Of a stretch of 64,000 nt of DNA, positions 12,701 to 24,632 are shown piece by piece (positions within the stretch are counted from its first letter, which is position 1; every line of letters begins with the position of its first letter). The notes under the pieces are model-generated. The model was not told the DNA's origin. It did not search any database and saw nothing but the letters and a program-made list of their open reading frames with translations. Source of the DNA: Ranitomeya imitator (Eukaryota); the NCBI RefSeq assembly GCF_032444005.1, contig NC_091283.1, positions 449,748,001 to 449,812,000 of the forward strand. Direction: 5' to 3'. A program made the translations under genes and the position numbers.

Positions 12701-15235
12701 CACTGCCAAACTGGTCAGGCAGCAGATCACTCTCCACGGCATCTCCAGACTCTGTCACACGTGCTCAGTGTGAACCTTCTTTCATCGGTGAAGAGCACAG
12801 GGCGCCAGTGGCGAATTTACCAATCCTGGTGTTCTCTGGCAAATGCCAAGCGTCCTGCACGGTGTTGGGCTGTGAGCACAACCCCCATCTGTGGACGTCG
12901 GGCACTCAGACCATCCTCATGGAGTCGGTTTCTAACCGTTTGTGCAGACACATGCACATTTGTGGCCTGCTGGAGGTCATTTTGCAGGGCTCTGGCAGTG
13001 CTCCTCCTGTTCCTCCTTGCACAAAGGCTGAGGAAGCGGTCCTGCTGCTGGGTTGTTGCCCTCTAACGGCCCCCTCCACATCTCCTGGTGTACTTGCCTG
13101 TCCTGGTAGCGCCTCCAGCCTCTGGACACTACGCTGACAGACACAGCAAACTTTGCCACAGCTCGCATTGATGTGCCATCCTGGATGAGCTGCACTACCT
13201 GAGCCATTTGTGTGGGTTGTAGAGTCCGTCTCATGCTACCACAAGCGTGAAAGCACAGCCAACATTCAAAAGTGACCAAAACATCAGCCAGAAAGCATTG
13301 GTACTGAGATGTGGTCTGTGGTCCCCACCGGCAGAACCACTCCCTTGTTGAGTGTGTCTTGATAACTGCCAACTTCCATCTGTTGTCTATTCCATTTGCA
13401 CAACAGCATGTGAAATTGATTGTCAGTGTTGCTTCCTAAGTGGACAGTTTGATGTCACAGAAGTTTGATTTACTTGTAGTTATATTCTGTTGTTTAAGTG
13501 TTCCCTTTATNNNNNNNNNNNNNNNNNNNNNNNNNNNNNNNNNNNNNNNNNNNNNNNNNNNNNNNNNNNNNNNNNNNNNNNNNNNNNNNNNNNNNNNNNN
13601 NNNNNNNNNNNNNNNNNNNNNNNNNNNNNNNNNNNNNNNNNNNNNNNNATTTAGTCAGTCAGCAATAGTGCAAGTTCCACCACTTAAAAAGATGAGAGGC
13701 GTCTGTAATTTATATCACAGGTAGACCTCAACTATGGGAGACAAACTGAGAAAAAAAAATCCAGAAAATCACATTGTCTGTTTTTTTATCATTTTTTTTT
13801 GCATTTTATGGTGGAAAATAAGTATTTGGTCAGAAACAAACAATCAAGATTTCTGGCTCTCACAGACCTGTAACTTCTTCTTTAAGAGTCTCCTCTTTCC
13901 TCCACTCATTACCTGTAGTAATGGCACCTGTTTAAACTTGTTATCAGTATAAAAAGACACCTGTGCACACCCTCAAACAGTCTGACTCCAAACTCCACTA
14001 TGGTGCAGACCAAAGAGCTGTCAAAGGACACCAGAAACAAAATTGTAGCCCTGCACCAGGCTGGGAAGACTGAATCTGCAATAGCCAACCAGCTTGGAGT
14101 GAAGAAATAAACAGTGGGAGCAATAATTAGAAAATGGAAGACATACAAGACCACTGATAATCTCCCTCGATCTGGGGCTCCACGCAAAATCCCACCCCGT
14201 GGGGTCAGAATTATCACAAGAACGGTGAGCAAAAATCCCAGAACCACGCGGGGGGACCTAGTGAATGAACTGCAGAGAGCTGGGACCAATGTAACAAGGC
14301 CTACCATAAGTAACACACTACGCCACCATGGACTCAGATCCTGCAGTGCCAGACGTGTCCCACTGCTTAAGCCAGTACATGTCCGGGCCCGTCTGAAGTT
14401 TGCTAGAGAGCATTTGGATGATCCAGAGGAGTTTTGGGAGAATGTCCTATGGTCTGATGAAACCAAACTGGAACTGTTTGGTAGAAACACAACTTGTCGT
14501 GTTTGGAGGAAAAAGAATACTGAGTTGCATCCATCAAACACCATACCTACTGTAAAGCATGGTGGTGGAAACATCATCCTTTGGGGCTGTTTCACTGCAA
14601 AGGGGCCAGGACGACTGATCCGGGTACATGAAAGAATGAATGGGGCCATGTATCGTGAGATTTTGAGTGCAAACCTCCTTCCATCAGCAAGGGCATTGAA
14701 GATGAAACGTGGCTGGGTCATTCAACATGACAATGATCCAAAGCACACCGCCAGGGCAACAAAGGAGTGGCTTCGTAAGAAGCATTTCAAGGTCCTGGAG
14801 TGGCCTAGCCAGTCTCCAGATCTCAACCCTATAGAAAACCTTTGGAGGGAGTTGAAAGTCCGTGTTGCCAAGCGAAAAGCCAAAAACTTCACTGCTCTAG
14901 AGGAGATCTGCAGGGAGGAATGGGCCAACATACCAACAACAGTGTGTGGCAACCTTGTGAAGACTTACAGAAAACGTTTGACCTCTGTCATTGCCAACAA
15001 AGGATATATTACAAAGTATTGAGATGAAATTTTGTTTCTGACCAAATACTTATTTTCCACCATTATATGCAAATAAAATGTTAAAAAAACAGACAACGTG
15101 ATTTTCTGGATTTTTTTCTCTCAGTTTGTCTCCCATAGTTGAGGTCTACCTATGATGTAAATTACAGACGCCTCTCATCTTTTTAAGTGGTGTAACTTGC
15201 ACTATTGCTGACTGACTAAATACTTTTTTGCCCCA

Positions 15236-15279
<44 letters not shown>

Positions 15280-16238
15280 TACACTCTGCTCGAAAAAATA
15301 AAGGGAACACTTAAACAACAGAATATAACTACAAGTAAATCAAACTTCTGTGACATCAAACTGTCCACTTAGGAAGCAACACTGACAATCAATTTCACAT
15401 GCTGTTGTGCAAATGGAATAGACAACAGATGGAAGTTGGCAGTTATCAAGACACACACACACACAGTATATATATCTACTATATAATTGTCTAAGGGTCA
15501 CTTCCGTCTGTCCTTCTGCCTTTCTGTCTGTCCCGGATATTCATTGGTCGCGGCCTCTGTGTCATGGAAATCCAAGTCGCTGATTGGTCGTGGCAAAACA
15601 CCCACGACCATTCAGCGACGGGCACAGTCCGGCGGCAAAATGGCCGCTCCTTCCTCCCCGCAGTCAGTGCCTCCATACTCCCCTCCAGTCAGCCCTCACA
15701 CAAAGTTAATGGCAGCGTTAATGGACCGCGTTATGCCGCGGTGTAACACACTCCATTAACGCAGCTATTAACCCTGTGTGACCAACTTTTTGTGTATGCA
15801 GCATCAATAGTAAAAAGATCTAATGTTATAGATAATAATAATAATTTTAAAAAAGTTATTCTCACCCTCCGACGTCGCGCCCTGTGCTCGGCAGTGCAAG
15901 CGGCAGGCTCTGGTGCCAAGGATGCTATGCGAGAAGGACCTTCCATGACATCACAGTCATGTGACCACGACGTCATCACAGGTCCTGCGCTCATACCAAC
16001 CCTGGGACCAGAAGCTACTGTGTGTGCACCACACACAGGCGCCAGTACTACAAGGGGCCCCTCGGAAGGTGAGTATATGTTTATTCTTAATTCTAAGTCT
16101 TTTTTAACCTGTTACATACGTGTCTGGGCAATATACTACGTGGCTCTGTGCAATATACTATGTGGCTCTGTGCAATATACTACGCGGGCATGCATATTCT
16201 AGAATACCCGATGCGTTAGAATCTGGCCACCATCTAGT

Positions 16239-16294
<56 letters not shown>

Positions 16295-16611
16295 ACACAC
16301 ATAGTTGACCTACCTGGATACACCTCCCAATCCAGCCTAGTACCAGACCATAAGCACATCTCTGGACACCCTGCACTGTCAGATCTAATACATCCAAACC
16401 ACAGCTGTCCCTCTCATATTATAGCCCTGCTATCCCACACTGGCACCGTCACTATGATGCCATCTCCGGTATAGCACAAATCACACTACATAAAAGCTGC
16501 GGTCGCCCCAAAACTCACCGTCTTGCCAGCATTGTCCAGTCCCAGGATCAGGATACAGTACTCATCCTTCTGGAACATGTACTTATAAAGACCGGACAGC
16601 AGAGTATACAT
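9717..16611 (-). CDS. ARFRP1: ADP-ribosylation factor-related protein 1 (201 aa)
   Basis: Exons 16611-16519 ([31 protein letters not shown]), 11894-11807, 11733-11651 (WDLGGQ), 11518-11437, ~11152-11082 (NKQD; 5' 20 nt fall in the N-gap), 10289-10189, 9804-9717 (RPPRQKDIT*). Visible junctions are GT-AG with consistent phases. Probable 5'UTR exon ends at 17251. Confidence 0.97.
10466..10907. mobile_element. T2/Kolobok-type MITE in an ARFRP1 intron
   Basis: TTAA|AGGGAATCT...AGATTCCCT|TTAA with TIRs extending to CAGCAGGTTTTTGCTA. Degenerate relatives at ~20280-20914, ~24848 and ~59987. Confidence 0.8.
12001..13510 (-). mobile_element. Tc1/mariner element A (decayed transposase)
   Basis: TIR AAAAATAAAGGGAACA at both ends (right end runs into the gap). 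Transposase fragments at 12977-13372 and 12240-12758 ([23 protein letters not shown]). Confidence 0.92.
13649..15238 (+). mobile_element. Tc1 element B with long TIRs; 340-aa DD34E transposase 14000-15022 with one nonsense codon (TAA 14108)
   Basis: [14 protein letters not shown] and [11 protein letters not shown] motifs; ~200-bp TIRs; ends CCCCACTG|TA; left tip lies in the N-gap. Confidence 0.95.
15282..15456 (+). mobile_element. Solo end of Tc1-A, identical inverted copy of 13352-13510
   Basis: 15298-15456 is the exact reverse complement of 13352-13510 by eye; preceded by TA|CACTCTGCTCGAAAAA. Confidence 0.85.
15475..16237 (+). mobile_element. Non-autonomous Helitron
   Basis: A|TC 5' end, CTAG|T 3' end, subterminal hairpin CCCGAT...ATC(T)GG, no TSD. 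Contains 3-4 copies of the 20-bp GCAATATACTACGTGGCT unit near its 3' end. Confidence 0.8.
16241..16290. repeat. (TA)n microsatellite (others at 15239-15276 and 57734-57770)
   Basis: Direct observation. Confidence 0.95.
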
Positions 16612-17250
16612 GATAGTGACCTGTAGGAGGCAGTACAATGGGTTAAATACCTATGTAAAAAGAAAAAGATAAGTCATCTCAATTATTACCCTAAGTGCTG
16701 GTAAAGTGTCTGTCCATCCATACAGCCCCGGCGTCACTCCTAGGCACGGCTATGGCCTCTACTACATGCACATTCTCATTGTGTAGTGATCCGCACTGCA
16801 TTCTCTAGGTCATTAGGTAGCTGCCCTGTCCCCATGATTTGCACTGCAGCTCTGCTCAGTGGGCAGCTGTAATCAGTGACTCCAGCCTAGCTGCATTGTC
16901 TTTCGAAGTCTGAAATAGACTGTACTTAGGTCAGAGGTTAGACTACTGCATGGCCCCCCATGCTTTACACTGCAGTTTTTTTTGGGGGGCTTTAAAGAAC
17001 CTCATCCTAACTCACCACTGGTACCATATGGACAAACACCCTCAGCCCAGGGCAACCCCCTACTAGACCCCTGACCTGTACCCACAGCATTTACAGAGGC
17101 TCCATCTGGAGACCATATCTTTTTGCAGACTTCTGCCCCCTCCCCAGGAGTCATTTTGGTTACAGAAGCAACCCCCCCCCCAGGACAGCACAGTGCAATA
17201 AGTTCCCCCTCTAGCACCAGCCGTGCCCCTCACAAAACCCCCAAACTCAC

Positions 17251-17722
17251 CTTCTCCCCATCCACCCCCGCCACTACTCGGGCCTCAAGTCGGCTAACAA
17301 CAACTTCCGCCGTTGTCCTGACCTGCACAGCATCATGGGATACCAAATGCGCCTGTCAAAACGTGGCGGCCATCTTGTGTGTGGCAAACGAAACGCCAGA
17401 GCCCCTTTCTGCATTATTAAAAAAAAATCATCTCATTTGACCTCACCGAAAACTTTTATAGAACAATATCTCAAACCCGTTAGTAAGAACAGAGAAACTA
17501 GCTGCCTACGACGAATGAGCTACACCAAAATGGCGGCGGCGATGTCAGGGCAGAACTCTATGGCTGATGGTGACGCCATCGAGCCGGTGTCATGGCGTCT
17601 TTATAGGAGGCTGGTAAGGTTTACAACAGCTTATCAGCCTAGAGGGCTGTATTTATGTATTCAGTGTGTAAAATACGCAGTTTCTGTCGTCAGGGCTTGG
17701 GGTAGAACTAGAAGTCCCAGCA
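17251..17722. promoter_or_regulatory. ARFRP1/ZGPAT bidirectional CpG-rich promoter
   Basis: Divergent first-exon donors (minus strand at 17250, plus strand GTAAGG at 17614). ETS ACTTCCG 17303; divergent YY1 motifs 17366-17377 (-) and 17526-17537 (+); ZNF143/THAP11-like ACTAGAAGTCCCAGCA 17707-17722. Confidence 0.7.
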
Positions 17723-18021
17723 TGTGCAGGCTAGTGTCACCTTGAGTCAATGTAGTGAAGAAGTTGCTTTGGAGGATTAACTACTGAATGTCTGTGGCCC
17801 CTAAGGGCCACAGATGAGATTGTACCATGACATTTGTTATAGGAGGTTACTGCAGGGTGCACTATTCAGGATGCAATGTGGCATGGTCGTCCTGAGGCGT
17901 TTTATATAACGTATGGTGGGCGCTGGACGCGTCTTTTCCCGCTCGCTCATTATATGGCATCTTCCCGGCTAATGTTGATGTTTCCGTTTGCAGCTCTGTG
18001 ATCCGTCTGTCACAGGACAAC

Positions 18022-21000
18022 ATGGATGAAGAGAGTCTGGTGTCTGCTGTACAGACCTACAGGGCCCAGCTGGAGCAGGTGACGCTCACCCTCCACGGAG
18101 ACGTGGACCCGGCGCAGAGGGCGGACCTCCTCCAGCTGCAGGGCGACTTACAGCAGCTCATAGAGCTGACCGAGTCCAGCCTGCTGTCCGTCCAGAAGTC
18201 CAACCTGCTGTCAGCCCTCGGCGAGCCACCACCCTCATCGTCTCAGGATGATGAGTACGAGGCCTTCAAAGAGGCGATCGGAGAGCTAAGTAATGAAGGT
18301 GAACCTCTGGAGACAACAGATCCTAATTCTGAGGAGGAAGAAGACGAGGAAGATGAAGAAAGCAGTGGAATGAAAGTAAAAGCCCCTTATTACAGCACAT
18401 GGGGGACCCTAGAATATCACAATGCCATGGTCGTGGGTTCAGAACACATGGAAAATGGAGGTGCCGGTGTACGTGTCCTGTACCTTTACCCCACACACAA
18501 GGCTATGAAACCGTGCCCTTACTTTCTGGATGGAAAATGCCGCTTTAATGAAAACTGCAGGTGAATGTGCTGCACAGAGTATTTAAGGAGAAGAGAGACA
18601 CGTTCTCTTATAAGTTAATAATTAAGTCAGGTCTGACTGTGATGGAGCAGAATCCTAATGTTAGGAGGGCAATACAGACAAATAGGTGGCCACAGACTGA
18701 GGGTGACTATATATAATGGAGGAAGCAGGGTCCCCAAACAGCACAGAGTATTTCAGGAGAGGATTGTGCTCATTTTGTGAGCAGTAGTGACCTGTCCATC
18801 AATGGTAGTTAGAACCCTGTCATGATACATGTGGAGAGCAGTCCCTTCCAGCAGCACAGAGTATTTCAGGAGAGAAGTTACTGGCTTAGGAAAGTAAAGG
18901 GTGGAGGATCTTGTGGTGCAGAGGAATTTCACTGTCACCATTTTCCGATTGTGCTCAGGTTTTCTCATGGACAGGTTGTGCCCGTCAGCGAGCTCCGAGT
19001 CTTCGAAGAACCAGATCTCAGCAATCTTAGGATTGATACTCCCTGCCTTGCCAAACATGAGGATGGCATCTGGTACCCAGCACGAATCATAGGTAAAATC
19101 TGAAGCTGCCACGTTGCCCCTCTCTGTGTCCTGTGGGTCACACACTGACTGTTCACCCCGGTCCCGTTCTACAGATATTGATGACAACTTTTACACGGTG
19201 AAATTTGACTCCCTGCTGCTGAAAGATGCGGTTCTGGAGGCTGACGCCATTATTCTGCCTCTGCGGGAGAGCGACAGCTCATCCTCCGATGAGGACGACG
19301 TGGACGATTCTGGGTATGCTAAAGGTAAATGTAAAGTTGGCTTTCGCTGTAAGTGGGTAAAGTTCTGCACCTTTCTAATATACTTGGGCCCATCATGTCT
19401 CATACTTTGTGCAGCAGAGGGTTTGTTACAATTGTATCCAGTCAAGAAAGTCCTCTTTTATCTAAACAACCTTGATTACAGACTAATAACTTTTACCGTC
19501 ATGGATACATTGTAACAAACGTTTTCTGGCGATGCTTGCAGCTCACAGAGGATGGTCTGGAATGGATAGCTGTAGGTTTTCAGTATCTGAATGTGAGAAT
19601 AATGGTTGTATTCATGGTTAGCAAGCGGAGATATTACCATGAAATGCCAATTCTAATTTCTATCATACAATGATTTAGCATTGGTTACATGAATCTCGAA
19701 AACCCCTTCTGTATTTCTGCTCTTCTGCACATGTTTCATGGATACCTTTCTCTGTTCTGTAGTCCTCATGGACAATGAAGAAGTTGGCGTTACACCCTGC
19801 AGCTCTGAATTTGCTGGATGGGAGGCTCATACCCGTGGGATCGGGTCCAAGCTCATGGCGCGTATGGGATACGAGATAGGAAAAGGTGGGTGATTATTTG
19901 GTGAGTCTGATAATCCGGAATGTTATTTGCAAGGCTGATTAAGAGGTCACAGGGGTGTTGTAATCTTCTGCGTTCAGGAGCGTGCTGCTCCCCTGCCTCC
20001 CGGCTTCCAGGTTGCCTTGGGTGGTGCGCTTCTGAAATTTCAGTTCAGAAAAGCAGCACAAGGAAAATCAGTCTGTTCGGATTCAACTAGCTTCAGAGCA
20101 AGCGGCACGTGTTCCTCCAAGGTATCCGGTCATTCTGAGGCGGGCCAATAACTTTGGCAACAATTTATAAACTTTAAAATGAAAAATCACTTTTTAACAG
20201 AGGTAAATTGTAAAGTTGCTTGTTGGTACAAGCACTTTGCATTTTTTTACCATTTAAGAACTCTAAACAACTACTTTTAAGGAATGTCTGTTTTTAATGC
20301 CCTACTTTGGGTATACCTAAATTACCATATAGAGTAATATTTAGCTAATACAGCATCCTAAGGACTGGCAGAGAGCCCGAATCATGAGACACCTATAGGT
20401 ATTTTACCGTCTTTCTGGTGGCTCTTACTAGATGGTATTATTTTTCTCCTTGCATCCCCCAGTGCTCTAGCCTTGTACGCTCATGTCCGTGTGCACACAC
20501 CACCTCTGTAGTGTCAGGACATCACTGCAGCACTAGCATGTGCATGAGGACCCTCTGCTATTAATCCAGCCTGGGATAATCTGCTGATAAACCAGGGATT
20601 TTATCACTAGATGACTAGTAAACTGCTGCCATGTAGTCCTCCATATTCATGAGCTCTGTAAAACACCGCCCCACCACTGATTGGCAGTTTTCTGTGTGCA
20701 CTGTGCATAGGCAGAAAGTTGCCAATCGAATAAGTGGGCGGGGTTATACAGAGATAAGCATTCGTGGAACAGGTAGATCTGCAGCAGAGAAACCAGTGAT
20801 TTTTACAAAACTGCAGTAAGCTGTCCAGTAAGAAATACATCACTGGATAGGGGTCTCTGTCTCTACATCATGCTGTTCATAGATAGGGTAGCAAAATCCT
20901 ATTGACAGATTCCCATTAAGCCCTTATTATGAGAGTATAGCTCTGCCCCAGTCATCAAATATTTTATCTGCATTTTTCAGGTCTTGGAAAGAATTCAGAG

Positions 21001-22589
21001 GGGCGAGTGGAGCCCGTTCAGGCCGTGGTCTTACCTAAAGGAAAATCTCTGGATCAATGCTTAGAATTTCAACAGCGGAAGCAGAAAGGAGGGCGACCTG
21101 TTCCCAAAGCCAAGAAAAAGCGCCAGTCCAAGGCACCAAGAGTTGAGCAGAGCGGCAATACGCGCCGCAATATCTTTGACTTTTTAAATGAGAAACTGGA
21201 ACACAATTCGTCTCTTAAGCAGACGGCAGAGAGCGGCATTGAGAGGAAAGGCAAGGAAGTGTACAATGCCAGTAAGGACAGCAAGCGGGCTCTGAACATT
21301 GCGCTAGCACAGACGACGGAGAAGATCCAGCAGAAGCAGAGAGAGATCGGGAGGATGGCTGAGGCTTTGGCACGTAACGTGGGAAGGTAAGCCAAAATGA
21401 TTTGGGTCCATTGGTGCATCTAGTATAAATGAGTGTGCAGCTGCAGGAACAGCCCAGCAGCGTTATATGACTCTTAGCTGATCAGATGTGTGCAAAATGA
21501 CAAAAATATTCATCCGTTGGCGGTTTCATGACAGTTTTGCCCAGCTCTACCTAAATGGGTGCAGTTGCGGTAAAATGGGGGCACGACTCTAAGTCATGAT
21601 GAGCTGTGATGTTCCTTATGCCAGAAATCTTAGTCCAGTAACGGAGGTGTACCCCACTTGTCATACACTCCGGATTCTGCATGCGCCCCTTAATGAATCG
21701 GGAGCATCTGACTGTACATGTGCTGCCTCATCAAGACCGGCCTCAACATCCCCATTCTTGATGAGTCGTGCCAATGAATATTAGAACAATATAGGTCCCG
21801 GGTTCATTATTGCAATTGCACCTTATTTGTTGTCTAGTGTTTCACTTTCTCCTAATTCTTTTATGTTGCGCCTTTTTTAATGTCTACTTCATTTGTTCAC
21901 CTTTGTCTTGTTTTTTTTTTCTTGTGTTTTTATATTTACCATTGTTAGCACAGTTTGGGGTTTCTGGATGTTTTCGGGTGATTAATTAAGTGAGACTTTA
22001 TGAAAGGGTCACAAAATCTGGCTAAAAAATGTACTGCAGACCTCCTCAGCGTGATTTTTATTTATTTTTTTGTATGCCTGTTATTTTGGCACCATATTGC
22101 TAACCTTGTGACTTTTTGCACTGAAAGGTAACAAAACAAGTCAAAGCCAAAAATAAAAAAACTGTTTTGACTTTACTCAAAATGCATTCATTTTGAAGAA
22201 TTTGGCACACAAAAAAAACTAAAACGAATACCAAAAGAGCAAAAGTAAAAAGCAAAGTGAGTTAAAAGAACGCAAATGATAAATTGCAGTCTTAGAATTT
22301 TCCCTATGTTCTGTCTGAGTCCGTACAATCCCTGCCTCTATGCATAAGAAACAGCTGCAGCCGTCTGGTGAGATGCCAAGCCTCTATGCACATGTATACA
22401 ACGGGCCTGGCTCTTGTTTCACCTTTTTCTTGCTTTTCACCCTCTCGCAGAGACAGCGTTGTGAGCGTGCAGCTGGAATCTCGTCTCTCGAATGCTCGCT
22501 CTGAGCTCGCAGACCTACAGCAGCAGGAGAGGAGTCTGCAGAGAGAGCAGAAGAAGGCGGACACGCACAAGAAGATGACGCAGTTTTGA
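18022..22589 (+). CDS. ZGPAT: Zinc finger CCCH-type with G-patch domain protein (496 aa)
   Basis: Exons 18022-18560, 18959-19092, 19175-19324, 19763-19885, 20981-21386, 22451-22589 (sum 1491 nt). CCCH finger CPYFLDGKCRFNENCRFSH, Tudor-like LAKHEDGIWYPARI, G-patch GIGSKLMARMGYEIGKGLGK, C-terminus KKADTHKKMTQF. AATAAA at ~22689. Confidence 0.97.
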
Positions 22590-24407
22590 GCCGGCGCTCC
22601 ATGTACATACCCCTGTATTGATCAGCGAGACTGTATGACCTATGTAACATGATGTATATTCCCCATTTGTTTTTGAGACTTACAAAAAATAAATATTTTT
22701 TTTTTTTTACGCAACGTTCCATGAAATTCTTATTTTGGGCAGCCTGATGCCTCCACCTGGGTTCGTCTTCTAACCCCCACCTCCCCTTTCCTTTCAATGT
22801 CATGATGTGCAAGTCAAGGGAGTGCCACACCACAAGCGGCTTCCTGTGAGTAGTCTGCATTCCCCGTCGACTCTTCTTGTCCTCATTTTCACATCCTTCT
22901 GCTCTGTTCTGCCCTTCTTGCTCCTTCTGTTGCTTCTTTAGGTTCTATTCTTTGTACCATCTTGTCTTCTGGTGTTCGTGATATCTCCTGCATCTGAAGT
23001 TCACCGTCTGCTCGCTGCAGTCTACTCCATCTTGCTCTCTTGCGCGCTATTCTGCAGCCAACAAGCGCTTCCTATATCTTCATCTTAGGACAAAGTGGTC
23101 ATTGTTGGCTAAAAACCCAATGGCCTGAGATCCTCTGTAAAGGTAAGGAGGAAGTGAGAAGTGGAAGTGATGGTGTGGGGTGCTAGAAGAGTGCGGGACG
23201 ATATCGCTAGCTGTGATGGGACCATGATGATAACGTAATTCCAAGACATCTTTCTGATATTAGGTTAGACATGGACCAGTTCTTGGTAAGATCTGAGATG
23301 TTCCTCAATATTTTGTATCTTATGGGAATAACGTTTTACATCTCCCTTACATGGTTAGATTCCAGGATCATTGTCCTATTGAGCCTCGCATGTCTCGATT
23401 CCCCTTTTCAGTAGCATGATCACTTATTCAAAGGATAGGTGATTTCTTGCAGATCATTGGGACATCAATCTGTCCCAGGAACTAGGCTGTAGTCTGCCAG
23501 ATGTCTCCTTTCCTTTGGATTAATGATCAGAATAACACTTTAGGGGTTTTCAGGCGAGAGAAGATTCTCTTCTAACAGTGAGTATTGGGCGATCTTGCTT
23601 CTGACTTCACACTGATGTAATCTTCCCATGGGTGTGTTGAGCCCATCATTGAGAAGCCCATTTAATTAAGGATAAGGTTGAAGATGCTGGTGGTTCTGCT
23701 ATTTTTCTCATTGTATCTCAGCTTTCTTTTATTAGTGATTTGGAAAACTGATGTAAGTTTAGAAGAGTTTTACGGTTGTTCGTAGGAGGCCCCGTTGTAG
23801 AAGAAGGTGGATTTGGTGCAACGTGGCCATTTGGAGAACCTCAGTATAAATTGGTTCCAGCTCTATGAATGTTATCAGGGTCATTTATCAGACATGCTGG
23901 ATTCAAAAAGCTCTTACACAGTCAGTGGTTATGGGCACACGTAGTCTTCTTGCTCCTTTTTCGGAGCAGAAACTCTGAACTTTTGAAGGGTTTTGGATTT
24001 TTGAGAAGGATTTGGAGTTTCTGCTCAGTTTCCTCTAGATTTCTGCTCCAAAAACTTCTTGAAAAACTCTGTGCTCAAAGCCAATGAGTGGAAACCAGAA
24101 ATTGCAGCCATTACAATGCCCAAATGGGTGGTCACCATAGACTTTGAATGACCTGTAGATCCTTGGCATTCAGGGTTTGTGGAGAGCTGTATGAAGGAAG
24201 ACTCCTCCATGGATTTGTATGATTAAATAAGCACAGCTACTGCATGGAAATAACCGGCAAATCTAACCTGTGGTTATAGTGAAATGAAAGCCCCAGCATG
24301 CACTGTCAGCCTAAACTTGACCTTAGAGTCATGGTGTTTAGTTCCCCGTTGATTGCGCCTGATCAGATACAACCCGCTCCCTTCAGCTGGTAAAATCTGC
24401 TGTGCAA

Positions 24408-24460
24408 AACCACATGTGCTGCAAACCAGCGCACCTGCGTCTGCACAGGAAGTGGTATAA
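24408..24460 (+). promoter_or_regulatory. Candidate lymphoid promoter/enhancer module upstream of LIME1
   Basis: RUNX AACCACA 24408, E-box CACCTG 24432 and ETS CAGGAAGT 24446, about 180 bp before the first coding exon. Motif-level evidence only. Confidence 0.4.
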
Positions 24461-24632
24461 CAGCACAGAGCGAGGACGCTGCAGCCCGTGCATCTACAGC
24501 TGACGGCACAGAAACTCAAAATGATTTTTGGAAAATCATCTCATCGCTAATGGCATTTTACAAGTGACTGTAGTACGGCATTACTCCAACTTTTTTTTTT
24601 TCTCGTACAGATACCAAGTCAAGGTTGCCATT

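Noticed and set aside
22870-24250. Possible L1/Tx1 remnant (DHCP-like motif at ~23370; purine-rich minus strand)
   Set aside because: Too decayed to define boundaries or a reading frame with confidence.
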